A program made the translations under genes and the position numbers. A DNA stretch of 62,165 nucleotides, filler included, from Anaerolineae bacterium (GTDB lineage Bacteria; Chloroflexota; Anaerolineae; Epilineales; Epilineaceae), in the NCBI GenBank assembly GCA_029262755.1. It is 5 parts of 5 records of this genome, joined end to end, with 100 filler letters (N's around TTAATTAATTAA, not from the genome) between each part and the next. Parts side by side here need not be neighbours in the genome. Positions count along the whole stretch, not along the records: positions 34,418 to 47,985 come from JAJCYU010000270.1; positions 48,086 to 54,647 come from JAJCYU010000271.1; 3 more parts are not named here. The stretch is one strand, 5' to 3'. Below, piece after piece: positions 40,827 through 50,600 of this stretch. Positions within the stretch are counted from its first letter, which is position 1; every line of letters starts with the position of its first letter. The notes beneath the pieces were generated by a model. That model was not told the origin of the DNA, made no database searches, and saw nothing but the letters and a program-made list of their open reading frames with translations.

Positions 40827-43688
40827 CTAGCGGCCCACGGCGCCGTGCGGCAGCCACAGCACACCGGGCCGCGATCGTGCGTCGATGCTGCGGCGCAGCT
40901 GTCCGCCACCGGGTAGGAGCACGCTCAGCTCCAGCGTCGCCCGCAGCACCGGATTCAACAAGGGGGCCGCGAGGACGAAGGTGCCGGCAAGATCACTCTC
41001 CCCTTCGGAGCGGACGATCTCAGCCTCGACTTCATCTCCGGCGAGCGACATCGTATGGATGGCGCGCACGACGTGTTGCGGCGCCGTCGCACCCGCGAGA
41101 TCGCCTGCACCGTTGTTCGGCCACGCGGCGATGTGCGTGATCGGGACGACGAGCGTGCGGCGTGCGTGGGTGACGACCAAGGTGGCGCCCGGCTCGGCTG
41201 CGACGTCCTTGCCGCGCGCGTCGCGCATCCGAATGTCGAAGCGAGCCAGCCCGTCGGCGAGCGCCTCGCCCCTTGCCACGGCCGGGCCGATCATCGAGGC
41301 GGTGGACATCGGCTCCGAAGGCAGGGGCACGGATACCGGCGCGAACGCGTGCAGGCTTGCGACGATCCGTGTACCCGGTTCGGCGACACCGGTCACTCGG
41401 CCGCTGCCGGGCCATGCGCGCACGTCCTCCATGACGCCCGTCGCAAAGAGCCTGTGCCCGCCGGGACGCGGATGGTACACGTCGGCGATGAGGCCGGGCG
41501 TCACGAGGTCCCACTGGCTGGCCGCGAGCTCGTAGTCGAACACGCCGTTGTCGTCGGCTCCGACACGTGCCTCCAGCGGGATGGGGCCGCCGTCGTCATG
41601 ACGGAAGGTGATCTCCACGGGCTCCTGGGGCGGCGACGCGCCCACTACGTCCGCGCCGCTGAGATCGATGTGGGCCGCGAACTTCACGAGGCCAAGCGTG
41701 ACCGCGGCCTCCTGGTCCGGATAAACCCGCAGCTCGTCGCCTTCCGTCGGGCGGAGCATCGATGCGCCTACATCTCCCTGTGCGCCGGTCGCGGCGCCGT
41801 CCACGGAAACCCAAACCGCGTCGCAGCTCTCGCGCACCACGCGGCAGAAACCACGGGCGATCACCCGGCCGTTTCGTTCGAGCCAGGTCTCGCCGCTCAG
41901 GTCGGGCCACCCTTCGAGCCGCACGCGGTCACCGTCGCTCTGCGCACTCACGCGAAACACCGGGAAGTTCAGCTCGGCGGGCAGCCCGGCCGGCGGCCAG
42001 ACACGCACCCGTACACGCCGGCCCGGCACGAGATCGACCCGACCGTCGAGCTCGACCATCCACGTACCATCGGAGCCGACGATCCGTTGCTCGACGGCGC
42101 CGACGTCACCGTCGCGCGGATCGACGATCACCGTGACCACACTGTGCGGCGCGGCCTCACCGCGCACCCGGTTGCGGCTCGCACGCGCCCGGGCGCGCAC
42201 CGGCGGCGCCGGAACCTCGATCGCGTGCCCGGCGAGCGTTAGGCCGAGGCGCGAATCGGTGTCCAGTGGCACCGGATTGCCTTCCGGATCCCAAAGGTCA
42301 AGCCGGAACTCGCCATCGGGCCCAACATAGCCATCGACGGGAGCGATCGGGGCCGACGCAGGGTTCTCATCCCCCAGCGGCTCCACCAGGCGTAGCGACA
42401 CGTGGTCCCCTGCCGTCCCGCGGCCGGCGAAGGCCGCATCGCGCGCGTCGAGCACGCCGAAGCTGCGCGGGCGTGCGGTGATGGACCATGTCGCGTCCGG
42501 CCGGTCCACCGTCACGGCCGTGTCTACCGCGAGCCGTCCGAAGTCGCGGAACGACGCGCGCCACGGCTCGCCCGGCTCTGCGTCGACGAGCACGTCCCGG
42601 CCCAGCGCACGCACGCGCAGCCGTGCGGCCGCGCGAACCGTGCCCGTCACTTCTTGCGTTTGGATATCGACGCCGACGCTCGTGGCCTCGATCTCGACCA
42701 TAGACGGCGCGTCGCCGGACTCTGATCCGGCGATGGCGCGGTCAAAGGCATCCAGCGGCGGTCGGATCACCGTGAGACGGTCTCCGGGACGTACCGGGGA
42801 AGGCCGGCCTTGGGCGTCGCGCAGCAGGAGGGCCGTGCGCTCCCCGCCTCCGCGCCACACGACGGCCTCGCCGCGCCCGATCGCCGGACCGTGCAAGGCC
42901 TCCGACGGCCGCTGCTCTACGATCACCGCGATGCCCGCGCGCTCCACGAGCTCGACCACGGACGATCCGACGCGCACGTCGGTGCGCGACCACGCCCAGC
43001 CTGCCTGATGCACGACGCCGTCCTCCTGGTACAACGCGGTTCCGGTCATGCCGGGGCCCGGCACGAGACGTCCGCCTAGGGTTACGGACCAGCGGCCGTC
43101 TTCGTCGGCCGTTGTACTACCACCTCCGAAGCCACCCACGGTGTCCGCGCCCGTCACGTTGACGCGGCGGCCGGCCGGCGCGGTGCCGCGGACGGTCCCG
43201 TCCTGTTCAATTCGCGCGCTGATCCGCCCCGCTGTCCAGGTGGTTGCCGAATCGGGCGCTTCCGCCTCCTCGCGTTCCGGGTGGACCGTCAGCATCCGCA
43301 CCGCGTCACCCTCGCGAATCGGTACGGGGGCGCGCGGGCCGGCGCCGGTGGTGCGAAACGAGAGCGAAACATCGCCCGCGGGACCCGCCACCTGCCGATC
43401 GCGGGCGATGCGTTCGTCGTTGCGCCACAATTCGGCCTCGATCATCGCGGAGGGCCCGTCCAACTCCCCTCCGCGCTCTTCACCGCCCGTGAAGCGGGCA
43501 TAGGCCTGGTACCCACCGATCACGATCGTCACGTTCTCGAACGCCGCTGCGGCGGTTGGCTGGCCGGCGGCCGGCGCAGCGCTCGAAAGTACGTGCGCGG
43601 CTACCAGCAGGAAGGCGCACCCGTGCACGACTCGGAGGGCGAAGCGGGCGCGTGTGGTTGGCGTCGGCGCAGACGTTGACGATGGCAT
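40827..43688 (-). CDS. Large secreted beta-rich protein with Ig-like repeats
   Basis: Signal peptide ending AAG, repeated V.G.A.PG..V.V...AD.DG.W/F units, C-terminal VLWLP. Confidence 0.75.
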   Translation of the reverse strand: MPSSTSAPTPTTRARFALRVVHGCAFLLVAAHVLSSAAPAAGQPTAAAAFENVTIVIGGYQAYARFTGGEERGGELDGPSAMIEAELWRNDERIARDRQVAGPAGDVSLSFRTTGAGPRAPVPIREGDAVRMLTVHPEREEAEAPDSATTWTAGRISARIEQDGTVRGTAPAGRRVNVTGADTVGGFGGGSTTADEDGRWSVTLGGRLVPGPGMTGTALYQEDGVVHQAGWAWSRTDVRVGSSVVELVERAGIAVIVEQRPSEALHGPAIGRGEAVVWRGGGERTALLLRDAQGRPSPVRPGDRLTVIRPPLDAFDRAIAGSESGDAPSMVEIEATSVGVDIQTQEVTGTVRAAARLRVRALGRDVLVDAEPGEPWRASFRDFGRLAVDTAVTVDRPDATWSITARPRSFGVLDARDAAFAGRGTAGDHVSLRLVEPLGDENPASAPIAPVDGYVGPDGEFRLDLWDPEGNPVPLDTDSRLGLTLAGHAIEVPAPPVRARARASRNRVRGEAAPHSVVTVIVDPRDGDVGAVEQRIVGSDGTWMVELDGRVDLVPGRRVRVRVWPPAGLPAELNFPVFRVSAQSDGDRVRLEGWPDLSGETWLERNGRVIARGFCRVVRESCDAVWVSVDGAATGAQGDVGASMLRPTEGDELRVYPDQEAAVTLGLVKFAAHIDLSGADVVGASPPQEPVEITFRHDDGGPIPLEARVGADDNGVFDYELAASQWDLVTPGLIADVYHPRPGGHRLFATGVMEDVRAWPGSGRVTGVAEPGTRIVASLHAFAPVSVPLPSEPMSTASMIGPAVARGEALADGLARFDIRMRDARGKDVAAEPGATLVVTHARRTLVVPITHIAAWPNNGAGDLAGATAPQHVVRAIHTMSLAGDEVEAEIVRSEGESDLAGTFVLAAPLLNPVLRATLELSVLLPGGGQLRRSIDARSRPGVLWLPHGAVGR

Positions 43689-43912
43689 CGGCGGTGCCTG
43701 CCTTCGGTGGGTACGGTTCGAGAAACGAGGGTTCGTAGGGGGTCGATCGCTGCGCTTCGACCTCACGATAGATGGTGTTGCCTGCGAATCCTGGCCGCTG
43801 GTCGCGGCCCTATGGTATGCTCGTCCGCCCTGTCGGTGGGCGTGAAGCATGCTCCAACCGGCGGGCCGTCTTGGGCGCCGGATCGCGCCCCTTCGGCAGC
43901 GCGGAGCTATCG

Positions 43913-44224
43913 ATGCAGCTGTGGAAGCTGCTCATGTCCTGGAACATCATTCAGGGCAAGGAGCAGGAGTACATCAAGTTCAACGCCAAGAAATTCGTCC
44001 CGCGGATGATGGAGTTCGGGCTGCAGCCGCTCGAATCGTGGTTCACCATCTACGGGGCGGGTCCTCAGGTTTCCGTCGGCTGGGTCAGCGGCGACGTCGA
44101 GGTCATTCGCCGCGCCGTGCGCACGGAGAAATGGTCGGACTTGCGCGGTGATCTGGACGACTACGTGAAGGACTTCCACTTCAAGATCGTACCCGTGACG
44201 GGACGCAGCGGCTACCAGATGTAG
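43913..44224 (+). CDS. Small hypothetical protein, possibly dimeric alpha/beta barrel-like
   Basis: GGAG SD and WNII.GKEQEY..F...FVP...WFTIYG. Confidence 0.75.
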   Translation: MQLWKLLMSWNIIQGKEQEYIKFNAKKFVPRMMEFGLQPLESWFTIYGAGPQVSVGWVSGDVEVIRRAVRTEKWSDLRGDLDDYVKDFHFKIVPVTGRSGYQM

Positions 44225-44251
44225 CGCCGATTACGGCGCGCCCACGCTGGA

Positions 44252-44722
44252 TCAGTCGTTCTTCTTGCCGCCGCTGTTACCGGAGCCGCTGCCGCTACCG
44301 CTGCCACCGCTTGAGCTTGAGCTCGCGGCGGCAGCGCTTCCTGAGCCCGAACCTGACCCGGACCCAGACCCCGAGTCTCCGGACGATGACCCGTTCGAAC
44401 CCTTGTCGCCGGATGAACCTGCGGACCCGTCGGTCTTGCCGCCGTCCGAGCCGGAGCTGCTTTCCCCATCTCCCCCTCCGCCCGACGCGTCCGAGGCCCC
44501 GTTCGACGACGAAGCGGAGCCGCTACCGCGCCCGCGGCCGCCTTTCTTCGCGTCCTTGATGTACCAGCCCGAGCCCTTGAATACGATGCCCGGCGCCGAG
44601 ATCAGCCGCTTGCACGAAGCCTTGCCGCACTCGGGACAGATCGAGACCGGCTCATCGTGGAAGGACTGCAATCGGTCGAAGACGTGCTCGCACGCTTCGC
44701 AACGGTACTCGTAGATGGGCAT
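44252..44722 (-). CDS. FmdB-family zinc-ribbon protein with Gly/Ser-rich tail
   Basis: MPIYEYRCEAC...CPECG...FKGSGWY. Confidence 0.93.
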   Translation of the reverse strand: MPIYEYRCEACEHVFDRLQSFHDEPVSICPECGKASCKRLISAPGIVFKGSGWYIKDAKKGGRGRGSGSASSSNGASDASGGGGDGESSSGSDGGKTDGSAGSSGDKGSNGSSSGDSGSGSGSGSGSGSAAAASSSSSGGSGSGSGSGNSGGKKND

Positions 44723-44982
44723 GGCGGACCTCTGGCTTCTGCGGGTTCGTGCGTGGCGGAGGGACTCTTGGCTCGTTCCGGCTACGCGGACGGCGGTCCA
44801 GTATAGCGGTGGCAAGGCGGGGACCGGTAGAAGGAGGCCGGTGTGCTGTGCGGCACCTTCGATCTCCATCCCGCGGCACCGCCGACAAGGCGAGACGAGA
44901 TGGCTTGGCGTCGACAAGAAAGGGAGGATGGCCTGGCCGATGCGGATTGCCGGCAGGCTATGGGCGGGCGCGCCGATGCTCC

Positions 44983-46407
44983 CTAGTACGCGCCGACGCC
45001 CATCAACACGGTTGGAACGGTGCGCAGCAGAATCTTCATGTCGAGGAACAGCGTCCAGTTCTCGGCATAGAACAGATCGAGCAGGACCATCTCGTCGAAG
45101 GTCAGCTCGCTGCGTCCGCTCACCTGCCACAGGCCGGTCATGCCGGGCGCGACGTCCAGGCGGCGGCGGTGCCAGTCCAGGTATTCGTCCACTTCGCCAG
45201 GCATGGGCGGCCGCGGGCCCACGAGGCTCATGTCACCGCGTATGACGTTCCACAGCTGCGGAAGCTCGTCCAGGCTGAGCCTACGCAGGACGCGCCCGAC
45301 ACGCGTCACGCGCGGATCACGTCGCATCTTGAACAAGGGGCCCGTTGCTTCGTTGCGTCCCGCGAGCTTCCGCCGGATCGCGTCGGCTTCTACGTGCATG
45401 GAGCGAAACTTCAACAGCGTGAACAGCCTGCCGTTGCGCCCCACTCGCTGCTGACGGTACAACACAGGGCCCCGCGCATCCACCAGAATCGCCACGGCGA
45501 TGACCGCCAAAAACGGCGCGCTGAGTGCAAGGAGCAGGCCGGCAAGCGCAACATCCATCGCTCGCTTGGCACGTAGGCGCCAGCCCCGAATGACCGGCGC
45601 GCGCACCGCGATGAGCGGGATGCCGTTCAGCGACTCGCCGTCCACACGGTTCAAGCTCAGCTGGAAGAGATCGGGGACGATGCGCACCCGCACATCGTGC
45701 GTTTCGCAGGTATCCACCAGGCCGACGATCGTCTCGCGAGCGGTCCACGGCAAGGTCACGATGACCAGGTCCGCGCGACCGCTTGCCAGCAACGTCGGCA
45801 GCGTGTCCGTCCCGCCGAGGGGCTCGAAGCGACCGATCGCCTTCGCGCGCTTCTCGATATCGTCATCCAAGAAGCCGATCACCCGATAGCCGAGCTCCGG
45901 CTGCGCCATGATGTTGCGCATGATGGCGCGCCCGCCTTCGCCCGCCCCCACGATCACGGTGCGCAGGACGCCGTGGCCCCGGCGGCGCCGTTGCCTTCGC
46001 CACTCTTCGTCGGCGGCGCGAATGGCGCCGACGAACACCGTGGTGATCACGGCGGCGTAGGGCAGCATCAGGCGCGACTGCGCGGAGGGCCGCACACCGT
46101 ACAAAATCACGGTCAACAGCGCGACGCCGACGATCGTGTTCGTCGCGATGCCGTAGAGTCTTTCGAGCCCTGCGACCCTGCGGCGCGTGTACAAGCCTTC
46201 CACGGAGTAAAGCAGCACGAGGATCAGGGCGAGCGCGATGCCCCACGGTGCGTAGTCCCGCCACTCAATTCGGGCGGAGATCTCCGGGCCAAGCAAGGCT
46301 ACGTAGCGCAGCCACCATGCTGCAAAGAAAGCAATATTGACGGCCGCGAAATCCGCGGCCACCAGCATTAGACGGCGCGTGCCGCCGCGCGGCTCAGGCG
46401 CCGCCAT
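44983..46407 (-). CDS. Polyprenyl-phosphate sugar phosphotransferase (WcaJ/WbaP-like priming GT)
   Basis: TM domain, IVGAG, KRAMD, KFRSM, DPRVT, SLDELPQL.NV..GDMSLVGPRP, PG.TGLWQ. The start may be 46443. Confidence 0.95.
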   Translation of the reverse strand: MAAPEPRGGTRRLMLVAADFAAVNIAFFAAWWLRYVALLGPEISARIEWRDYAPWGIALALILVLLYSVEGLYTRRRVAGLERLYGIATNTIVGVALLTVILYGVRPSAQSRLMLPYAAVITTVFVGAIRAADEEWRRQRRRRGHGVLRTVIVGAGEGGRAIMRNIMAQPELGYRVIGFLDDDIEKRAKAIGRFEPLGGTDTLPTLLASGRADLVIVTLPWTARETIVGLVDTCETHDVRVRIVPDLFQLSLNRVDGESLNGIPLIAVRAPVIRGWRLRAKRAMDVALAGLLLALSAPFLAVIAVAILVDARGPVLYRQQRVGRNGRLFTLLKFRSMHVEADAIRRKLAGRNEATGPLFKMRRDPRVTRVGRVLRRLSLDELPQLWNVIRGDMSLVGPRPPMPGEVDEYLDWHRRRLDVAPGMTGLWQVSGRSELTFDEMVLLDLFYAENWTLFLDMKILLRTVPTVLMGVGAY

Positions 46408-47815
46408 CGCGTCTCTCGTCTTGCGACCGTTCTGCGCGTGCATCGCGACGATTCCCCCGCCCCGCAGCGCCACGCTGCGAGCCCGTTCCGCCGCGCCGCG
46501 ATTGCCGAGGCGATCCGGCTGATACCGGCTCGCGGTGTGCCGTGACGTCCGGCATGGTCGTGTTTGAGTCGGCGCTCGTATCAATCGTTTCCGGCAACGT
46601 GCGCAAACGGCAGGTTACGCCGTTCAGCGCCGCCACGGCCGTTCCTTTGCACGCTTCGGCCGCAAGCACGGCCTGCCAAACGGCCTCGGTCTCGCGTGCC
46701 GCGCGCGTCCAGCTGAAGCGCGCGGCCTGTGCCAGACCTGCCGCGCGCAACCCTTCACGCCGCGGAGCGTCGCCTAGCAATGCCCCCAGTGCCGCCGACC
46801 AGGCGCGCACATCTTCGGCGGGAACGAGCACTCCGGCGTCCCCGACGACCTCGGGCAAGCTGCTTACGTCGCTCGCCACAACCGGCGTACCGCAGGCCAT
46901 GGCCTCCAACGCCGGCAGGCCGAAGCCTTCATACAACGAGGGGAATGCGAGCACTTCGGCCGCGTTGTAAAGCCGCGGCATATCTTCGTCCGGCACGAAG
47001 CCGGTGACGTGGACCGCGTCGCCGATACCCATCGCCTCCGCGCGCGCCGCGATATCCGTATCACCCCAACCGGCGCCGCCGGCCACCACGAGGGCCGGCG
47101 TTTCCGCGCCGCTCGTGTCCGCCCGCATCGCGGCGTAGGCGCGTAGCAGCGTATCCAGGTTCTTGCGCGGCTGCAGCGTCCCGACGCTGAGCACGAATCG
47201 CTTGGGCAAGTCGCGTTCTGCGCGCCACGCCTCCACCGCTGCCCGATCGAGCGGCCGGAAGCTCGCATCGAGGCCGTTGTGCACCACGTGCACGCGCGCC
47301 GGATCCACGCCGAGCAGCGCGATCAGCTCGCGCCGCGTGAAGTCGCTGACGGCCACGAGAGCCGCGGCGCGGCGCGCCGCATGCCGCGTCGCCGCGCGCA
47401 GGTACATGCCCTGGCGCTTGGGAAACGTATCGGGCAGGCGGAAAAAGGAGAGATCGTGCACGGTCACCACGGCGGGGACCGGACAAGCCGCCGGCATCGC
47501 ATAGGCCGCGGAGTGGAGCAACTGCGCGCCGCTCCGCCGAAGCACCCGGGGCAGACCCGCTTGCTCCCACGCGATCCGCCCGACGCGTTTGCGCGCCCAC
47601 GGCGGTGCCACGGCGAGCGCCATGCGCGCGGGGACAAGGCTGCGCGCGCGGGCATCCGCGACGGCGGCTGTAATCTCGCTACCCTGGGATTCGTCCAGCG
47701 CCTGCAGGAGTGCGGTGATGTACCGATGGATACCCGCAGCCCGGAAGTCTCCGGACGGCGAGAGCAGCAGTGCGTTGAACCCGATCCGTGGGGTTGGGGG
47801 GGAGGAGTCGGGCAT
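46394..47815 (-). CDS. GT4-family glycosyltransferase
   Basis: GIHRY, TVHDL, VGTLQPRKN, FPSLYEGFGLPALEAMACG. Confidence 0.95.
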   Translation of the reverse strand: MPDSSPPTPRIGFNALLLSPSGDFRAAGIHRYITALLQALDESQGSEITAAVADARARSLVPARMALAVAPPWARKRVGRIAWEQAGLPRVLRRSGAQLLHSAAYAMPAACPVPAVVTVHDLSFFRLPDTFPKRQGMYLRAATRHAARRAAALVAVSDFTRRELIALLGVDPARVHVVHNGLDASFRPLDRAAVEAWRAERDLPKRFVLSVGTLQPRKNLDTLLRAYAAMRADTSGAETPALVVAGGAGWGDTDIAARAEAMGIGDAVHVTGFVPDEDMPRLYNAAEVLAFPSLYEGFGLPALEAMACGTPVVASDVSSLPEVVGDAGVLVPAEDVRAWSAALGALLGDAPRREGLRAAGLAQAARFSWTRAARETEAVWQAVLAAEACKGTAVAALNGVTCRLRTLPETIDTSADSNTTMPDVTAHREPVSAGSPRQSRRGGTGSQRGAAGRGNRRDARAERSQDERRDGGA

Positions 47816-47985
47816 ATGCGGCCCAGGATGATATGCAGAGGGGTACGTTAATGCAAATATAACCGGGGTGGGGTGGGGATGTCAAGGGGGCTCCGGAGCC
47901 CCACCGGCCCGCCCGGAACCCCCCCCCCCCCCCCCCAACGCCTGCCCCCCCCGGTGGTTGACCAAACGTGTGGGGTGGGCCGGGG

Positions 47986-48085
47986 NNNNNNNNNNNNNNN
48001 NNNNNNNNNNNNNNNNNNNNNNNNNNNNNTTAATTAATTAANNNNNNNNNNNNNNNNNNNNNNNNNNNNNNNNNNNNNNNNNNNN
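47986..48085. other. Artificial contig-joining spacer
   Basis: N run containing TTAATTAATTAA. Confidence 0.98.
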
Positions 48086-49267
48086 AACGTGCACCGCGAC
48101 CCCGAGCGCAAGACCGGCCGGCGGCATGGCCACGTTCATCCATCCCATTCGTCCCCACGCCGACTCCGCGCTCAAAGCGAGGGCGCCCGCCCACGAAGCG
48201 GGTTGCACCGCGGCCAATCCGGCCCGAGCAGACACAGCCTGCGCATAGAGTTCCGTACCCGAAGGGGCAACGAGCAGCAGGAGCAATAATCCGGTCGCCA
48301 TGCCGATCCAGGATGCCGCGGCCAGCGCAAGGATCCATGCCTTCGGCGCTGCGAACCGTCGTTCACGGGTTCGTATGCGTGTGACCGTCAAGGAAAGTAC
48401 GGGCGCGGCAATCGAGACGGCCACCGCGGGCCCGATTGCGTTGAGCTTCGACCAGATTGCGGCCACGCCGCCGAACGCGAGCAAGAAGAGCGTCCCGTGA
48501 TTCGACGACAAGGCGGCGCGCGGAGTACCGTCCGGTCTCCGGCGCGCCGCGTGTGCGCTCCTCCGTGGCGGACGGGGCACAGTCCGAACGAGCGCAAGGC
48601 TGAGCAACGCGCCGACCGTCGTCGCGGCTACGTCGTTGCTCAGGGAGTGGGAGATAAACAGCCACTGCGGCCACGCCGCCATACACAATGCGGCTGCCGC
48701 TGCCACGGCGGCGGCATCCCGTCGGGTTCCGCGAGCCAGTAGCCCCAAGCGCGCGCCGATACTCCACACGAACGCGAGCGCCAGCACGCCCCACTGCGCG
48801 GACAGCGTCCGCAGCAAACGAAGTGGCCCGGCCAACGCTTCGTCCGGCGGATGAAGGAACACGGACGTCGCAAAGGGATACCGCGGATTGGCTTCGGCCC
48901 GTGGTAGGGGCGAAGCGTTCAGCACGCGCATCCACAACGCAATTCCGAGGTAATATCCGGGCGGATGATGGGCTTCGTAGGTCTCTTCGAGGGTCGGCAA
49001 CCGCCCGGCCGCGAGCACCGAGGCGTACTCCGCATGCCACGTTTCATCCGGCGCCTCCCACGGCGGCACGGATGAGACGAAGCCCGATCCCAAGAGCAAG
49101 TACAGCATCACGGCAAGCACAAAGCCGCCGCGCACTCCGATGAACGATTTCAGTGGGCCCTCCTGCCCCAAAGCGAAGTCGCGCCCGCTCGTGCTGGTCG
49201 ATACGAGGGCGGGCGCGGAATATCCATTGAAGTTCGAGACACTCGCTTCCGCAAGGTGTACGCGCAC
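48086..49267 (-). CDS. Multi-pass GT-C-like membrane protein (DUF2142-like), start uncertain, 3' end cut by gap
   Basis: PPWEAPDE.WH, HHPPGYY, SND, KLN and multiple TM helices. Confidence 0.7.
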
Positions 49268-49544
49268 GGCAGGGCATCGTCACCGACCCGGACTGACCTG
49301 CCTTGCGACGGGTTTCGCTGCGAGTCATCGCGGTGTGGCTCAGCGGCCCACTGCTGCAGGCGCGGCAGAGGCGCGGTCGTGATTGGCCGTTCCGTTTCCG
49401 AAGGTCCACACGGCAGGGCGATGCTAGGAGGGCCTCCCGACCCGGTCAAGGCTACAAGCCGTGCCCCGCGTTGTTGCGTCGCCGTTGCAAGGACTCCATC
49501 GGGTTCCCTTGCGCCCCTACGAGGCCCTGAGCATAATCGCCGCC

Positions 49545-50228
49545 ATGCCCGAAGCCACTGGGAGCGATGATGCGGACGTCCTTCGCGTACGGGAAGCCAT
49601 CGTGCGCGTCGGGCGCTTGATGTTCGATCGTGGTCTGACCGATGCCGCCGGCGGAAACATCAGCGCTCGCATTGACGGTTCCAGGGAAACGGAAGCCGCC
49701 ACGGTCTCTTGGTGGTGCATGAGCCCGCGCTACGCCGCCCATCGGTGGCACTGGCGTCTGCCGATCGAGGAAGTACTTGTTCTGGATGAGAAGGGGTCGC
49801 GGATCAGGGGCGAAGGGGAACCCTCGCGCGACGTGAACGTTCATCGCGCCATCTATGACGCCGTGCCGGCGGCAGGCGCGATCGTTCACGCGCATGCACC
49901 GATGTGCCTGGTCTTTGCGGCGGCAGGACGCTCGATGGAGCCGGTCCTTGCGGCAGCCCGCGAGCTCGGGACCGTGCCGATTGTAGACGGCGTGGACGAG
50001 GCGCGGGAGGTTGCGGCCTCTCTCGCCGGCCGGAATGCCGATGTCGCCGCATTTGCAGCCGCGACACTTGTGGCGGGTCACGGGATCATTGTTGCCGGGC
50101 GTGACCTACATCATGCCTACGATGCCCTCGAGCGACTGGAGGCCAACGCCCGATGCGTGTTGATGGCGCCCCTCCTTGCATCCACCTCGTTGAACGACGC
50201 CGCCGCTCAGCCCGTTTGGGCACCGTGA
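49545..50228 (+). CDS. Class II aldolase/adducin family protein
   Basis: GGNISAR, PSRD...H..IY, HAH, GHG. CATAAT lies 7 nt before the ATG. Confidence 0.9.
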   Translation: MPEATGSDDADVLRVREAIVRVGRLMFDRGLTDAAGGNISARIDGSRETEAATVSWWCMSPRYAAHRWHWRLPIEEVLVLDEKGSRIRGEGEPSRDVNVHRAIYDAVPAAGAIVHAHAPMCLVFAAAGRSMEPVLAAARELGTVPIVDGVDEAREVAASLAGRNADVAAFAAATLVAGHGIIVAGRDLHHAYDALERLEANARCVLMAPLLASTSLNDAAAQPVWAP

Positions 50229-50342
50229 ACGCCGGTTGGACATGATCATCGCGTCGTCCGTGATCCCCGAATTAAATACTCACGCCCGTTCGCAGCAGAT
50301 CGAGGCATCCGCGTAGTTCCTAGGGCGCGTGCGATACCAAGA

Positions 50343-50474
50343 TGACCAAACAATGGGTGCCGAAGCGCCGCTCCAGGGCTCCGATGAGACGAGGTAATAG
50401 CAGAGTTGTTACTGAGGAACAGCAGGGCGCTGGTGCGGATGCAGCGGTACCCGTACCCGTACCCGACTTGGTCA
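50343..50474 (+). repeat. Diverged copy of the structured repeat, copy 3, upstream of the peptide-binding protein gene
   Basis: GCGCCGCTCCAG...GATGAGACGAGGTAATAGC-AGA-GTTGTTACTGAGGAACAGC...GCTGGTGCGGATGCAGCGG aligns with the core of the copies at 7713 and 52648. Closed by TGACCAA/TTGGTCA. Confidence 0.7.
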
Positions 50475-50600
50475 GGTTATTGTTGGACGCGCCCTCAACC
50501 GCGGCGCATGTGCGCCGCTACGACTTCGGCTTGCCGTCGCGCCGGATTCGCACCGTCTTTTCTTCCCTCGCGACGGCAAGCCGACCCATAGGAGAGAAAC

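Noticed and set aside
47900..47985. Poly-C and G-rich tract (also near 54748-54775)
   Set aside because: It lies at contig ends and is likely low-quality sequence rather than a phase-variation tract.
50343..50474. Hammerhead ribozyme or riboswitch reading of the structured repeat (CTGAGGA present)
   Set aside because: CUGANGA is not conserved in the other copies (CCGATGA, CCGACGA), there is no matching GAAA, and most copies lie at gene 3' ends.
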